A DNA stretch of 64,000 nt, from assembly GCA_028023455.1 (NCBI GenBank), contig JAQFVV010000002.1, positions 31,062,001 through 31,126,000 on the forward strand, given 5' to 3'. The DNA is from Epiperipatus broadwayi (lineage: Eukaryota; Animalia; Onychophora). Each line of letters opens with the position of its first letter. Positions within the stretch are counted from its first letter, which is position 1. Position numbers and translations under genes: made by a program. This document shows, piece by piece, positions 62,170 to 64,000 of the stretch. The notes beneath the pieces were generated by a model that made no database searches, had not been told where the DNA came from, and was given only the letters and a program-made list of their open reading frames with translations.

Positions 62170-63120
62170 ATATATTCATATAAATTACTTTTTTTTTAAT
62201 AAATGTCCTCATATACCCTTTAGTGCAATTTTTATATAATTTCTTCTTTATTTTTCTAACAGTTTCGACTGTCATGCAGTCTTCATCAGAGCTACAACAT
62301 TTTAACATATAATCATATAACCATTATTTTATATACATATAAAAATACATATTTTACATTATTATTGATAATCATATTTTATATCTAACCCTATACCTTT
62401 ACTTCTCTTATTTCCCAATTATTATTTTCTTATTATGTATTTATTATTTCTACTTAACTTTTTATTTTTATTTTATCCTATTTATCATTCTACATTTATT
62501 CTTTAATATATCTCTATTTTTTATTTTTATCTATTAATCTAATTTTTTTCCTATTATTTATCTATATTTATTCTTTTATTAATAATTTTTATTTTATCTT
62601 TATTTTTATCTTTATTTTTATTAATTATTTTCATAGAATATTTAATCAAAATAAAGATACAGATAAGAATAAAATAGAAATTATTAATAAAAGATTAAAT
62701 ACAGATAAATAATAGAAAGGGTGAAAAGAAATTAGATTAATAGGTAAAAATAAACTATAGAGATATATTAAAGAATAAATGTAGAATGATAAATAGGATA
62801 GAAGAAAAAAATAAAAAGTAAGTAGAAATAATAAAGAAATATTAAGAAAATAATAATTGGAAATTGGAAATTAGAGAAGTAAAGGTGTAGGGCTAGATAT
62901 AAAATATGATTATCAATAGTAATGTAAAATGTGTATTTTTATATGTATATAAAATAATGGTTATATGATTTACATGTTGAAATATTGTAGCTCTGATGAA
63001 GACTGCAGGACAACCGAAACTGTTAGAAAAATAAAGGAGGAATTATATAAAAATTGCATTAAAGTGTATATGAGATTTATAAAAAAGTAATGTATATATA
63101 TATGAATATTAAATTGTGAT
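62170..63120. mobile_element. Family E-related long fold-back (E2; arms about 450 bp)
   Basis: Arms fold about 62640. HHR-like motifs at 62255-62293(-) and 62989-63027(+) share the GACUG/CAGUC stem II with E1. Confidence 0.8.
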
Positions 63121-64000
63121 GAAAATAAAATTAAATAAATTTATGTTTGAGATTTAAAAAGGTTATATTTAATGAGGGAAAAATGGCTGCTGTCTTATGG
63201 AGATTGATTAAGTTTTTGTTTGTTTATATTTTTTGTTTATTTAGATTTTTTTTTTTGGTTAGCAAATAATTGAAGTTGCTTATTTGATACGACATATGTT
63301 ACAGCTTCGCTGTATGTAACATTTATTTATTGCAATTTAAGTAAATATAAATAGTTATTAGAAAATAAAACTTTAAGTAAGCTATAAAGTGTTAAAAACT
63401 AATTCTTAAAAATTATTATTATTTTTTAATGATAATAAAAGAGTTGATAATTCTACAGTTTTATAAAAAAAAATTTTTTTTTCATCTTTTAACCAACCTC
63501 TGGTTATTTTTTTAATTTTCATTTTCTTAGAAATATTACACCTACGTTTTTTTTTTCTGCCCATGTTTTTCTGATATTGTTAAATTATCTAACTACTATA
63601 TTTCACAAAAAGTGAATTTATATATATAAGAGAATATTAATTCAAACAATAAATTTTGTGGAATCAAATAAGTTTTGTTTTATTATTTAATCCAAATAGT
63701 TAAGCATTATTATTATTTGAATACATTTATATATGTTCAGCATATATCAGTGTCAGAAAAATGTATTTTCATGGAAATGATTTTTCGAAATGATAAAAGA
63801 CAACATAAACTTCCTCTCAGATATTACATCACGACTTTATCATATGGCCTTGGCGTATTCATTGCTATTTTACTAGCATAATTTTTTTATACCTCTATAT
63901 CATCTAGTGTAAGCTTTACTAACTAATAGATGCCGGATGATAGAGCTTATTAAATTCTTATTCACTGCAGTTGAATCCAGTATTCTCAGACGAGCTTCAA

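Noticed and set aside
981-63881. The many 60-140 aa ORFs in the track as host genes
   Set aside because: They are antisense to the RTE, read through repeats (5499, 34137, 34637, 37127, 39104, 39273, 58500, 58874) or are low-complexity (poly-Ile at 44199 from the AAT repeat). No domains were recognised.

Overview
AT-rich eukaryotic non-coding DNA, most likely an invertebrate and possibly an arthropod (inference from TE content). No host protein-coding exon could be supported. Conventional content: one full-length RTE-clade LINE (1048-4231, minus strand, 11-bp TSD, one in-frame stop and one frameshift), degraded LINE, mariner and hAT relics, a hAT MITE with an 8-bp TSD, 12 tRNA-Gly(TCC)-derived SINEs, a second tRNA-like SINE family and several tandem arrays. 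The dominant signal is a set of at least six non-coding repeat families (labelled A, B, C, D, E, G here) carrying type I hammerhead ribozyme (HHR) motifs; I counted about 28 intact or decayed motifs by eye. Four families show monomers of about 370-460 nt measured HHR-to-HHR or by terminal redundancy. Most copies integrate with a stereotyped layout: TSD, inverted arm, sense arm, unpaired 40-70 nt tail ending near a TCATGTGAT motif, TSD. This matches non-autonomous, Penelope-like-element-mobilised 'retrozymes' that are probably copied from circular or multimeric RNA. All alignments and folds were done by eye; some boundaries are approximate (about +/-10 nt).
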